Assembly (NCBI GenBank): GCA_000004985.1
Contig: GG738852.1
Reading direction: 5' to 3' (one strand)
Origin: Naegleria gruberi
Taxonomy: Eukaryota
Length of the DNA stretch: 64,000 nucleotides
Made by a program: the position numbers and the translations under genes. Shown here in pieces: positions 10,049 through 19,434 of this stretch (its first letter is position 1; each line of letters begins with the position of its first letter). Below the pieces are notes generated by a model. The model worked only from the letters and a program-made list of their open reading frames with translations, ran no database searches and had not been told where the DNA came from.

Positions 10049-11485
10049 TTAACGAATCAGATCATAGTTCTTAATCATAATCTTTTGACAACATTCGAGA
10101 GCATACTTCTTAACTTCATCATTTGGATGTTCCATCAATTGGAGAATACGAGCCTTAGCACCCAAATCAGTGACGACACGTTTACCACGGTTGTGATAAC
10201 GAACAAATTCACCAATATCGTGACAACCAATGGCCAAATTGTCTGTGTTTGATTCATCATCCAACAATTTAATCAATTCACGAAGAATGTAAAAATTATT
10301 TTGTTCCATCTTATCCATATTTTCTTTCCAAAACTTTTCAGAGCTGTGAACTGGAGTCCATTCCAAATGTCCACTCAAAACTTCTTGTCTATAATCATCG
10401 AAGGAGCTGATTTCATCAATGTGTGCATCAAGATTTTCAGAGAGACTCTTGAGTTCCTCAGTAATATCCTTATCTTCGAATGAACGCTTTTGTAAATTCA
10501 ACAAAGTCTTTGGAACGCTAACGTTAACCATAGCAGTAACAAACTTTGGATACTTCATCAAGTTCTTGAAAATAAACAAAATAACTCTAATAACCTTTTC
10601 CTTTTGAGCACACTTTAAAACATCGTGTAACTTTGGAACCAAAGATTCATTTTGGAAAAAGCTGACAGCATTTTCGTGGAAAGTAAGCATCCATAAACAA
10701 GCAGAAACTTCATACAAAATTTGGACATTATTACGATGGACACGAAGTAAATTAACCAATGGTGCAATACCCTTGACCTTGTTCAAAACAGCACGACAAT
10801 CATTACGCTTCAAAAGTCTCATTAAGGCTTTAACACACATTCTTGACTTTCTGACATCATCTCCAGAACTCTTAAGTTGGTTAGAAATTCCTTCAATAAA
10901 GCTTTCAAGTTGTGATTGATATCTATATTGGGTTGATCTTGTACGATTATTTCTTTCGAGTTGTTGTAATTGTCTATACATTTCTTGGTCCTCTGGTGCA
11001 TTCCACAAACTAGTTCTACTTTCATTATCGACATCCAATTCGAACAATCTGCTCAAGCAATTAAAAGCCTTTTCCATGATGAAAATATCGTTTTTGATGA
11101 ACAATGAGAGGAATGGAGTGAAAGGATTATTTTGATTACTATTGTCATTTTGATCGACATCGTGGAATTGTTGGCACAATTCTGGGCAATTTTCAAAGAG
11201 CAAGTCAATCAAATACAAAATGTTAATCAAAGCTTCGTTTTTGTGGACACCGTTAAGGAGTTTGATGAAAAGATAGATGTATTCAATGGTACCAGTTTGT
11301 TTAACAATATCAATTATTTGTTTAACATCCCTTTTTTGAGCACTGATAGCTTCTATACGTTGTCTTTCTAAAGGCGTCAAGATACCAGCTTCTTGGTATG
11401 ATTCCCAGTTAACTTCTGGCAAGTCATCAGCGGAAAACTCTTCAGCTTGGGAAGCCAAAGTATCAGTACTCATCATACGGTTCAT
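10049..11485 (-). CDS. ATP6V1H: V-type proton ATPase subunit H (Vma13/ATP6V1H), single exon, 478 aa
   Basis: N-terminus ...VNWESYQEAGILTPLERQRIEA matches ...VNWQSYLQGQMISAEDCEFIQRFE of human ATP6V1H. C-terminus IGEFVRYHNRGKRVVTDLGAKARILQLMEHPNDEVKKYALECCQKIM matches [48 protein letters not shown]. ATG at 11485. Confidence 0.85.
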   Translation of the reverse strand: MNRMMSTDTLASQAEEFSADDLPEVNWESYQEAGILTPLERQRIEAISAQKRDVKQIIDIVKQTGTIEYIYLFIKLLNGVHKNEALINILYLIDLLFENCPELCQQFHDVDQNDNSNQNNPFTPFLSLFIKNDIFIMEKAFNCLSRLFELDVDNESRTSLWNAPEDQEMYRQLQQLERNNRTRSTQYRYQSQLESFIEGISNQLKSSGDDVRKSRMCVKALMRLLKRNDCRAVLNKVKGIAPLVNLLRVHRNNVQILYEVSACLWMLTFHENAVSFFQNESLVPKLHDVLKCAQKEKVIRVILFIFKNLMKYPKFVTAMVNVSVPKTLLNLQKRSFEDKDITEELKSLSENLDAHIDEISSFDDYRQEVLSGHLEWTPVHSSEKFWKENMDKMEQNNFYILRELIKLLDDESNTDNLAIGCHDIGEFVRYHNRGKRVVTDLGAKARILQLMEHPNDEVKKYALECCQKIMIKNYDLIR

Positions 11486-11709
11486 TTTTTGGATTTTTTT
11501 TAAAAAAATAAATTGTAAATATTTTATTTAATTTTTTTTAACTCCGGTCTCCTTTTGGCAACCTTCCGCAAAACAGTGTGTAAGAAGATAATGTGAAAGC
11601 AAATAATATGACAAAGAAGATATTATTATTATTTATATTAACATTAGAAGAGAGAAGGCTTCTAATGAGTTGAAAATATTAGAAATTCAAACATAGTCGG
11701 GAAAACTTC

Positions 11710-14700
11710 CTACAGATCCTTTAGGTTGGCTCGGAGACGGTTTAGTTTCTCTTCTGTTTCTTTCTTTGCATCTTCTAAAAGTTTCTTCTCCTTCTCAATC
11801 TTGACATTAGTTTCTCTCAATTCTAGAACAAGTTCTGCATACTTTTTTCTCTTTTCTTCGGTTGCTTTAAGGCGAGTAACAAGCTCCTGATTAACAGTCT
11901 CTGTCACAACAAGTTTCTTCTTAATTATTTTTACAACATTCTCTACCTCATTCTCAGCTTTGGATAATTGAATAGTAAGTTCCTTATTGTGTTGCTTTTC
12001 ACTTTCTAAATTTTTGAGGGAGTGACTCAATTGTTCTTTCAATTCATAATAATCATTTTGCAGTTCCGAATACTTGTCCTTGAATGCATCCAGTTCATTG
12101 ATACGTTCATTCAACTCGTCTCTGCAGAGTTGCCTCTTTTTCTTTTCCTTATTAGCAATTTCAACATACTCCTCCAGTTTACTCTCCAATTTTTCCACTT
12201 CATAATCTCTTCTTTCTTCCTCCTTGAAGAAACCTTCCTTTTCTCTAATTTCTCTTTCCAATTCTTTTTCAAGGAATGCAACTCTATCTTTTAGTTTACC
12301 ATTCTCTTCTTTTTGCTTCTTTATAGTTTCATTATTGTCATTTAGCATGGTATTTTTCACGAGAAGAGATGCCTCCTGATCTTTCTTAAAGTCTTCACGA
12401 ATAGATTGAATCTTCTTTTCGTGTTCCTGTCTGAGGGAGCTTTCCTTTTCATTCATTTCCCTCTTCAATGAATCCATTTCTGTTACTAGCTTGTTGAAAT
12501 CATTTTGCAAGGTTTCGAGTTTCAAAATTGTCTCTCCTTTAACTTTGCTTGTCTCTTCAAGTTGAAATTTCAAATTTTCTGATTTTGTTTTGTATTCAAG
12601 GGCTATTGAGGAGACTCGGTCAATTTCTTTGAGATAGCCTTTTTCTTTTAATGAGGCTTCATTCTTCTTCTCCTCATATTGTTTCAAAATCTTCGAGACA
12701 GCCTCTTGTTTTGATTTTAACAAGTCAGAGAGTTTCTCTTTTTGAATTTGGATTAGCTTTTTCAAATCTTCCGTTTGCAATTCCAAACTATTGGAATTTT
12801 TTACATAGTCCGAAAGTGTATTCTTTAAATCGCTTGTCTCTTGAATAAACTCTTTGAGTTTTTGCTCCATTTCATCACACTCAAGATGGTGATTCTTTTT
12901 GATTTGTGAAATTTCATTGCTATGTGAGATGGAGAGTGCTCTAACTTGTGACTCGTGTGTTTCTATCAATTGTTTCTTATCGAAATCTGATTTTTCTATT
13001 ATTTCTATAATTTTCCTCTCGTATTCTCGTTTCATTTGCTCAACCCTTCCCTTTATGTGCTCATTGGAGTTGGAATGCTCTTCCTTTGTTTGCTTGATAA
13101 TATCATGTGCTTCAATATTACTCTTAGAGAGGTTGTCAATTTTCTTTTTTAAAGCCAAAATGATTGCATCATATTCTTTCTTCATAGAGAGCATTTCCTT
13201 GTCTTTGGTTTCTTGAAGAGAATAGGCATCTTTCTTTGTTCGTTCCACTTCTTTTTGAAGTTGAGAATCATGTTCCTTGAGAAGGTTATTTTCTTGTGAG
13301 ATTTGATTCATTTGTTTGTGATTTTCTAATAGTTTTTTCTTAATTTTGGTATTTTGATTCTTAAGCTCCACCATTTCCTCTTCAAGTTTTCTCCTTTTTG
13401 TACTCTCTGTAGCCAGCTCTTGTTCTCTATTTTGAATGTAAACATTTGAAGATCCAATCTCTACACATAACTCTTCAATGTTTTTCCTCAGTTGGGCTAT
13501 TGTTTCCTTGTCAGAGTTAGAGGAGTCTGAACTGGTGGCAGAAATTTCGCATTCTTCCTCTTCCTCTGTTTGTATTCCTGCATCAAACAGATGGATTGAC
13601 CTGAATCTTAACATTTGATCGAATATACTTGAGGAAATATCAGTTTGAGTGTTTTCATCTCTGATGTGCACCTTTACAATGTTTGGACTTGGTGGTGAGG
13701 AGTTGATTTCTTTTTTCTTTAAACCTACAAACTGGGATATCGTCTCAATACTATCACCATTTGAAACTCCCATATCTGGATACGATATAAAGTCATTGTC
13801 ATCGTCGTGTTCTTCGTGAGGGGATGGTGATGTTTCAATGTCTTCCTCTGCAAATGTTGCTGTAGGAATTTCCACCTTCATTTCCTTTTTAATAATATCC
13901 TGTTTTTTAGGGGTATTTACTCCAGTATTACTATTAGTATTAGTGTGACTAGGAATTTCTGGTTCTTCATCCAAATATTTCAAATACTTTCCAATGTACG
14001 GTGTTGTTAATGTATCCATATCAATTTCATAATCGTCACTATTTTTGATATAGTTCAGAATGATTTGTCTATTGTTTGGCCTACTCTGGTCCTTGACAAT
14101 ACTAATTTTGAATCCGTCAAGAATTTCAAGATTGGTGCTCCGTTCTCTGAGAGCCAATTTTCCTAGAATGATGGGCCTATATCTTTCATTTTTACAAACA
14201 GGATTTCCCAGAGACCCATCCAATCCATTTTGAAAATGTATTTCTCTTATTGAATTTAATCCAAATAAATATGTAAGCTCGTTTAAATTTTCTATATTAT
14301 TTCCTCGTACATCCAAGTGTCTGAGATTGTAATTTGGTCCATGAAGAAAATGAAGACCTTGAATAGATGTTATATTATTATAAGCCAATATTAGTTTTCG
14401 TAATTGTTTCAAATCCCCCAACCCTTCAATTTTGGATATCTTGTTGGAGGCCAAGTTCAGAACTCTCAAATTAGATAGTGATCCCAGTCCTTCTATTTTT
14501 TCAATGTTGTTAGATGATAAATTCAACTCGAGTATATTTACAAAATCTGACAGACTTTCCATTTTGGTGATAACGTTTTGGTGGAGGTTCAAAAGTTTAA
14601 CAGCACTGAAAGCTTTTTGCAATGTCTCCTGAGCTACTTGAACAGTTCCATAACTTTTGGAAATAATTAAGGATTTGATTTGAGGAATTGAAGAGATGGA

Positions 14701-15309
14701 GGTATTACAAAATTCAAATATTGATCCATTATCGGAAGTGTGTACATGATGTGATGTAGGGTCATAACTTGTCCCAACACCCAAATCTAATTGAAGGAGA
14801 GATGAAGACGATGGTTGTTCCATTGTGGTATTATTATGAATTATGTTGTTATTTGGTTTTGGTTGTTGTGAAGGTACTCTTGTTGGAGTAGATGATGAGG
14901 TAGTTGGTTGGTTATTATTTGGTCGGGATGAAGGAGGTGTTTGATTTCTTGGTTTTCTATTTTGTGGCTTTTTAATTCTTGGATGATTAGTAAAGTAGGG
15001 ATGAGAAGATAGTCCATCTTTGTGTTCCTCTTCATCACTGCTACTTGATGAGTGAGTGTTATCGTTATTCGGTATTGGTTGGTGATTAGTAGATGTTGGA
15101 ATGTTTCGGGTTGTTGGTTGATTATTAGTTGTATTTCTATTCGGAGATGTTCGAGCATCTCTTAGATCGGTAGGATTTCTTTTCGTTTGTTGTGAAGATG
15201 GCTGTTGTTTAGTTGTGGTATCATTAGTTGTATGTTGTTGTTCAGCCTGTTGCAAACTTCTAATGTGTGCAAAGACATTCCTTGCTTCCTCATCTTCCAA
15301 GTCAGACAT
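11710..15309 (-). CDS. SDS22-type leucine-rich repeat plus long coiled-coil protein (LRRCC1/centriolin-like centrosomal protein), single exon, 1199 aa
   Basis: ATG at 15309. N-terminal Ser/Thr/Asn-rich region, then LRRs (LNLSSNNIEKIEGLGSLSNLRVLNLASNKISKIEGLGDLKQLRKLILAYNNITSIQGL), then ~600 aa of heptad-rich coiled coil (EE..LK..Q.. repeats). This architecture is typical of centrosome/centriole appendage proteins. Confidence 0.7.
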   Translation of the reverse strand: MSDLEDEEARNVFAHIRSLQQAEQQHTTNDTTTKQQPSSQQTKRNPTDLRDARTSPNRNTTNNQPTTRNIPTSTNHQPIPNNDNTHSSSSSDEEEHKDGLSSHPYFTNHPRIKKPQNRKPRNQTPPSSRPNNNQPTTSSSTPTRVPSQQPKPNNNIIHNNTTMEQPSSSSLLQLDLGVGTSYDPTSHHVHTSDNGSIFEFCNTSISSIPQIKSLIISKSYGTVQVAQETLQKAFSAVKLLNLHQNVITKMESLSDFVNILELNLSSNNIEKIEGLGSLSNLRVLNLASNKISKIEGLGDLKQLRKLILAYNNITSIQGLHFLHGPNYNLRHLDVRGNNIENLNELTYLFGLNSIREIHFQNGLDGSLGNPVCKNERYRPIILGKLALRERSTNLEILDGFKISIVKDQSRPNNRQIILNYIKNSDDYEIDMDTLTTPYIGKYLKYLDEEPEIPSHTNTNSNTGVNTPKKQDIIKKEMKVEIPTATFAEEDIETSPSPHEEHDDDNDFISYPDMGVSNGDSIETISQFVGLKKKEINSSPPSPNIVKVHIRDENTQTDISSSIFDQMLRFRSIHLFDAGIQTEEEEECEISATSSDSSNSDKETIAQLRKNIEELCVEIGSSNVYIQNREQELATESTKRRKLEEEMVELKNQNTKIKKKLLENHKQMNQISQENNLLKEHDSQLQKEVERTKKDAYSLQETKDKEMLSMKKEYDAIILALKKKIDNLSKSNIEAHDIIKQTKEEHSNSNEHIKGRVEQMKREYERKIIEIIEKSDFDKKQLIETHESQVRALSISHSNEISQIKKNHHLECDEMEQKLKEFIQETSDLKNTLSDYVKNSNSLELQTEDLKKLIQIQKEKLSDLLKSKQEAVSKILKQYEEKKNEASLKEKGYLKEIDRVSSIALEYKTKSENLKFQLEETSKVKGETILKLETLQNDFNKLVTEMDSLKREMNEKESSLRQEHEKKIQSIREDFKKDQEASLLVKNTMLNDNNETIKKQKEENGKLKDRVAFLEKELEREIREKEGFFKEEERRDYEVEKLESKLEEYVEIANKEKKKRQLCRDELNERINELDAFKDKYSELQNDYYELKEQLSHSLKNLESEKQHNKELTIQLSKAENEVENVVKIIKKKLVVTETVNQELVTRLKATEEKRKKYAELVLELRETNVKIEKEKKLLEDAKKETEEKLNRLRANLKDL

Positions 15310-15368
15310 TTATTTGCATTTTTTGTGGTTTCTTCCCGCCTACAACAGTTAAATTTTGTATTCCAGAC

Positions 15369-16459
15369 CTACTTTATTAAGAACCAACAACTTTTTGAAT
15401 CCCTCTCTTCGAATTGTTCTTGACTATTTTCATTTGGGGTTGGTTGGATCATTGAGTTGGGCAGATTGACTTTAATAAATGATCGAATTTCATTTAGTGA
15501 ATTGGTCTTATCTTGTTCACTCAACTCATAATCACTCAATTCAATAATGAATAGTTTTGATAGAAGGAGATCTATTGATTGACTCCCTTCCTTCTTGGAC
15601 TGTTTTAAATTCTTTCTGAAATTGGAAGGCACTTTTAATTTGAAATTAAAATTTGGCTTTGAAACTAAATTTAATTGGGGTGCTTCTTCAAAGTCGTCAT
15701 CCTCTTCCTCTCCTTCATGAATTGAAATGTCTTCCATGTTATTATTTTCGGATGTAATTTCTGAAAATCTATTCGAAAGTCTTGCCATTAAGAATATTGA
15801 TAAATTAGGTTCTAACATTATTTAAAATAATCATCTTGATGAATACCTACTACAATCAGTCATGAAACAATCAAAACCTCCACTTATAATGCTCCTTATT
15901 ACTTTTTTTGAGAGGTTCGTCATGAGATTATGTTTTTGAGAATTATTAAAATTTAAATGCCAACTCTTTGAATTATTAAACTTGATAATGTACACTTCCT
16001 TTGGGTTTGAGATTGAATTTCCAAGTAATATTGAAAACATATTATTCTCCACACTTTGACATAAAACTTCAATAATATTATCAATCATTCTTGTCACAGT
16101 TTCATATAATTTCACAAGGCTTTTTTGCTTTGACGAAATTTTCTTCCTTTTCGTTTTAGCCTCATCTTTAATCTTGTTAATTTGTAATTCCAATGACGGA
16201 AATAAACTTTCAAATTATTCATTCCGAGACTAGTTGAATTTACCTACCAAGGTATTTGCTGCCTCATAAACAATATATGATGTAAAATATGCTCACACAA
16301 AAACGAGCAACACTCTCCATCCAATGGAATATTAGAAGTAACATTTAAATAATTATATTTCATTTCTATTTGAATTTTAGACAATATTCCTTCATCGGAA
16401 TTGATTTGATCTTCATCCTGTGGAACTGGGATATGAATAAGAGTTTCATCCATTAGCAT
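15369..16459 (-). CDS. Hypothetical acidic protein. Tentative three-exon model joining minus ORFs 16244..16468, 15831..16193 and 15369..15818.
   Basis: Three adjacent minus-strand ORFs are separated by very short putative GT-AG introns of about 41 nt (16203..16243, gtaggtaaat...ttgaaag) and 39 nt (15781..15819, gtaggtattc...aatgttag), with consistent phases. First ATG at 16459 (16468 is TTG). No domain recognised. The 13-bp spacing between ORFs argues they are one gene, but the model is weak. Confidence 0.3.
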
Positions 16460-16744
16460 TTTTTTCAATCATAATTCAGTCAAATTAACAACAATATCTT
16501 TAAATTCAAGTACAAGAAAACGATAAGAAATATTGAGGATATTCCAATAGCTAATGAGCAAACAAATTTAGATTTGAGAAATATTTTCTAGCAATTTAAA
16601 AAAGAGAAAACCAAGAGGACAATTATGATTTGTGGAATAAGTGGAGGAGGACATTACAATTGACAGGAAGAAACCATCTCCTTAGTAAAGTTGGAAAGAT
16701 TTTTTAATTTCCTGTACCCTCTTGGAATCCTGTTGAAGTGTTAG

Positions 16745-17987
16745 ATGCTTCTGGGTGAAAAGAAAAAAATGTCATTCAATCCAACCTTTAGAAATTGCAT
16801 CTTTATTGCATCGAGTGATGAAGAGTTGGCAAAGACCAGAAGAAAACACGACCGTTTGAATGACGCCAGATTTTTTGAGGAATTGAATCAAACTCTGTTT
16901 GTTGCCTTTGATTGGAAATCTTCATTTACCCTGATGATGGAGCAGTATAATCAAAACCCGATAGAGTATTTCGAACAACAGGCATTAGCTAATATTGTCA
17001 ATGAATCCACACAAAACGTAGCGTTGGATGTGAAAAATTGTAAATTTTATTGTGTGATTAGAACTCCTTGGAATTATGTGAAACATTATGGAGATTTCAT
17101 CAAGTGGTTACAAATTATGAATCAATTAGGAAAGGAGGAAAAATTAATGACTTTTAATCATCCAGAATTATTAACGTGGAATTCTACCAAGAGATATCTC
17201 TTTGAAATTCAAGACTCGTGGGAAAATTACTCAATTGTTCCATCTGAGCTCGTTGATAAGGGTATTGCCGAGTCACTTTCCAATGAAGATATTATTGAAA
17301 AATATACAGCAAAATTCAATTGTGACAAGTTGGTTTTCAAACCATTGATTTCAGCTGGTTCTTACTTTACATTTGTTGTCTCTAAACAAGATGAGCATGC
17401 AAATGATTATGCCAAAGAATCATCCTCGAAAATGGATAAGCTTAAAGAATTTTTCCAATGTGAAAGGGATCAAGAATATCTAGATAGAAACATTATGATG
17501 GTTCAACCATTTATGGAGGAAATTGTAAATGATGGAGAGTATAGTTTCCTTTTTATCAACGAGAAACCAAGCCATATGCTTTGGAAGAGACCTAAAGCTG
17601 GTGATTTTAGGTTAGTTTTAATTTGATTTAAGCTTAATATTCCCATGACAATCATATATTGAAATTTATCCAAACAGAGTACAAGGTGATTATGGAGGAT
17701 CGAATACATGCATTCCAAAAGAAAGATTCAACTCTACCATTCTCGAAAATGCACAGAAACTGTTCGACAAGGTTAAGAAGGAAAAATCTCCAAATCACTT
17801 GTTGTTATACTGTCGATTGGATGTTATCATTGATTGGCAAACAAACGAGTTAAAGATTTGTGAATTGGAATTATTAGAACCTCATCTCTATTTTGAAACC
17901 ATTAATCCAAATGATAAATCTGTCGAACTTGCCTGGGAATGTAAACTCTACGAGAGTGTAGTTGCCCTTTCTCACAATACTCTTTAA
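16745..17987 (+). CDS. ATP-grasp fold protein (RimK/glutathione-synthetase-like ligase). Two exons: join(16745..17610, 17678..17987), 391 aa.
   Basis: C-terminal region YSFLFINEKPSHMLWKRPKAGDFR|VQGDYGGSNTCIPKE...LLLYCRLDVIIDWQTNELKICELELLEPHLYF resembles the ATP-grasp core (egdfRsNlhlGGsa ... e.N..P). A 67-nt intron 17611..17677 (gttagt...caaacag) joins ORF 16745..17626 to ORF 17799..17987 in frame. Confidence 0.5.
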
Positions 17988-18213
17988 AATAATTATCAAT
18001 TGGGATTAAATCTAATAAAAATCATCTAGATAACATAAGATATTTTCATCAACCATTCCTTTGCACTAACAACTCAACTCAAAATTGGTAAATTCGCCAC
18101 CACTTGAATCCCTTCCAATCAATATTGTGTTTCCATTACTCATAAATTCATTGAACAAAAGGCAATCAATTTTAAGATTTTAAAAAAATATTTGAAAACA
18201 AAAATACAACAAA

Positions 18214-19065
18214 ATGTTCGCCCCAAAGAGTCGTTCCCTCCTCACCATGATTGGTTCTCGCGCCAGAGTCCACACTTTTAAGAATGTTTTTGCAGCACCA
18301 GCTTGCTCTAGAAATTTCTTTGGTTTTAATAATAACAATAATAATACAGGTTCATCATGGGAACAAAAATCACAACAAACACCACAACAAGAACAACAAG
18401 CTGAAACTAAGAAACCAGAACAAACTCAACAACAAGAACAACAACAAACTCAACAACAAACAGAAAACACCCAAAAGACTCAACAACAAACAGAAAGCAA
18501 GCCTGCTGTTGATGATGCCAGAGTGAAAGAATTGGAAAAGGAAATTGAAAATTTAAAGAATAGCAATGCCAAGTATGACGACCAACTCAAGAGGGCTGTT
18601 GCCGAAATGGCCAACGTTCGTCGTATTGCTAAGAACGATGTCGATAATGCTAAAAAGTTTGCTCTCCAATCCTTCTCTAAAAATCTCCTCGATGTTGTGG
18701 ATAATTTGGAAGCTGGTTTGAAGCACTTGATAGAAGAAGATGTTTCTCAAATTGTTAAATTGGCTCAAAATAATCCAGAATGCAGTGAAGAGATGCGAAA
18801 GAAGGCTAATGCCTTGTTCACTTCAATTGAAGGTGTCAAGAGAACTGAAAATGTCTTGTTGAAGGTCTTGGAAAGAAACGGAGTCACAAAGATGGAAGTT
18901 GCTGAAAAGACACCATTCGATCCTAATTTCCATGAAGCCATGATGAAGGTTCCACCATCCGAAAAGACACCACACAACACTGTTGCTATGGTTTTGAAGA
19001 GTGGTTGGATTCTTAATGAAAGAGTTTTGAGACCTGCCCAAGTTATCGTTGCCATTCAAGATTAA
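18214..19065 (+). CDS. GRPEL1: Mitochondrial GrpE nucleotide-exchange factor (Mge1/GRPEL) with a Gln-rich N-terminal insertion, single exon, 283 aa
   Basis: ATG at 18214, followed by a presequence-like N-terminus (MFAPKSRSLLTMIGSRARVHTF). The GrpE core KELEKEIENLKNSNAKYDDQLKRAVAEMANVRRIAKNDVDNAKKFALQSFSKNLLDVVDNLE...MMKVPPSEK..VAMVLKSGWILNERVLRPAQVIVA is recognisable. The coiled-coil/beta-sheet arrangement and the hallmark motifs are conserved. Confidence 0.85.
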   Translation: MFAPKSRSLLTMIGSRARVHTFKNVFAAPACSRNFFGFNNNNNNTGSSWEQKSQQTPQQEQQAETKKPEQTQQQEQQQTQQQTENTQKTQQQTESKPAVDDARVKELEKEIENLKNSNAKYDDQLKRAVAEMANVRRIAKNDVDNAKKFALQSFSKNLLDVVDNLEAGLKHLIEEDVSQIVKLAQNNPECSEEMRKKANALFTSIEGVKRTENVLLKVLERNGVTKMEVAEKTPFDPNFHEAMMKVPPSEKTPHNTVAMVLKSGWILNERVLRPAQVIVAIQD

Positions 19066-19434
19066 ATTTCTTTTGTTATTTCAGTATTATTTTCATAATT
19101 TTTAATTCCAATTTTCTTCGCATTCCATAGTGTGGCTTAAGCCCAAAGTTTTACCATGTTATCGAAAACAATATAAAGAGAAAGCGAAAGGGTTTAGATA
19201 GATATTATTAACACCAATCCAATTGATTTAGAGCTATTGTTCAATCTTGCTGCAACAGATTTTTATATTGTAGTAATGAATCTTTCGACCTCCGGAGAGT
19301 GCATCTTCATTAAGGCAACAAGGGATAACAGAGGAATAATGGACGCCAAATGATTATTAAATTTATATTTTAAAAAATTGCAATATCTTCTGTTCTGTAA
19401 CATTCTGAAGATGGAAGGCCATCAAATCCATCAA

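Noticed and set aside
18214-19065. Dictyostelid origin, suggested by poly-Q/N runs and AT-richness
   Set aside because: Dictyostelids lack cilia, while IFT81 and a centrosomal LRR/coiled-coil protein are present here. Intron sizes of 40-50 nt and CTAAC-like branch motifs do not fit Dictyostelium (~100-150 nt introns, ~22% GC).
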